Part shown: positions 63,012 to 64,000 of the stretch, in pieces
Layout of the letters: each line of letters opens with the position of its first letter
How positions within the stretch are numbered: position 1 is the stretch's first letter
Assembly (NCBI RefSeq): GCF_004010195.1
Contig: NC_057755.1
Span: 9,091,306 to 9,155,305, forward strand
From: Chiloscyllium plagiosum
Taxonomy: Eukaryota
Direction: 5' to 3'
DNA: 64,000 bases
Position numbers and translations under genes: made by a program
Notes under the pieces: generated by a model
Seen by the model: only the letters and a program-made list of their open reading frames with translations
Told to the model about the DNA's origin: nothing
Database searches by the model: none

Positions 63012-63200
63012 ATGAGTCGTGAGTGTGGGGCTGGAGAAGCACAGTAGGGCAGGCAACTTCCAAGGAGAAGGAGAATCGAAGTTATGGGCACAAGCCCTAA
63101 TGAAGGCTTGCTCCTCGGATGCTGCCTGACCTGCTGTGCTTTTCCAGCACCGTGCTCTCGACTCTTATCTTCAGTATCTGCAGTTGTCACCGTCTCCTTC
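63012..63200. mobile_element. Older palindromic hammerhead-type element, internally deleted
   Basis: Inverted arms around gggcacaagccctaatgaagg; gatgctgcctgacctgctgtgcttttccagcac. Confidence 0.7.
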
Positions 63201-64000
63201 GTGTGGTTGAATAGCCTCCTTCTATTCATAAATCCAATGTTGCTTCCAAAATTGTGTTTACTTTCTTAATTTTGAGTAGACCGCCAACACCTCTGTCTTA
63301 ACCTTCTTTTCATTATAAAAGGAGGAAAAGTTGGACTTCTTAAATCCATAGAATCGCCACTAAAAAAGAAACAAAAATATTCAAATGCAACACAAACACC
63401 AAACTCAAGATCTCCTTTTCAGTTGTAAATTTATCTTATAATGATTACTCAATATCTGGAATTAAAACATGACATGCATTCCAATTGTCTCAACATCCTC
63501 TTGCAGGAGTACAGCACCAACATGCATATCACTTGGTTCAATAATCAGTTTAAATGTATTTGCATAATTAGGTGTGCCTCACATTGGGGTAGCGGCCAAC
63601 TCAGCTTTCAGACTGTCAAATTCGTGCTGTCATTCATCTCTTCACTGAAACTTTCTGCACTTTAATAACCAGTCTGTTGAGCAATCGCACTACTAAAACT
63701 TATAACAAACCTTCAATAAAACAACAGTCGGTCCCAAGAATTATAGTACTCTTTTCTTCATCAAAAGTTGTTTTTACATTCTATGCAAACATGTGTACAT
63801 GTCCATTAACATGGCCCAGGAATGTACCTTATGGATAGATGTTTGATGAGTTAATGGGTCAGATAAGCAATGCACTTGCAGATACTGCCCCTACTCACTT
63901 ATCAAGCGTCCACCCATATTGTCTTTGCTTCACTGAATTAATAAACTTACTGATGTCACCATAATTTTGAGGTGTACGAAATGCGAAAGGGAATTGTCGG

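Overview
This is vertebrate genomic DNA, most likely from a shark. That assignment is inferred from the repeat complement (CR1-type LINEs with an esterase ORF1, HE1/V-type and Deu-type SINEs, Penelope elements). The window holds a tandem cluster of GPR139/GPR142-like class A GPCR genes with a two-coding-exon layout. Three copies have an intact large exon: 948-1861 (+), 22788-23704 (-) with exon 1 at 26567-26636, and 61616-62568 (+). Three more are pseudogenes: ~40090-42142 (-), ~48357-48980 (+) and 56479-57600 (+). Most of the remainder is nested retroelement debris from CR1, Penelope, a Gmr1-like Gypsy element and SINEs. Three things stand out. First, the birth-and-death receptor cluster is a candidate shark-specific chemosensory repertoire. 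Second, a family of short Penelope-derived elements carries minimal hammerhead-ribozyme cores; three copies have 15-16 bp target-site duplications and two of these are perfect fold-backs. Third, an isolated, splice-intact SYNE1-like exon sits inside a LINE nest. All calls were made by eye with no database search, and repeat boundaries are approximate.
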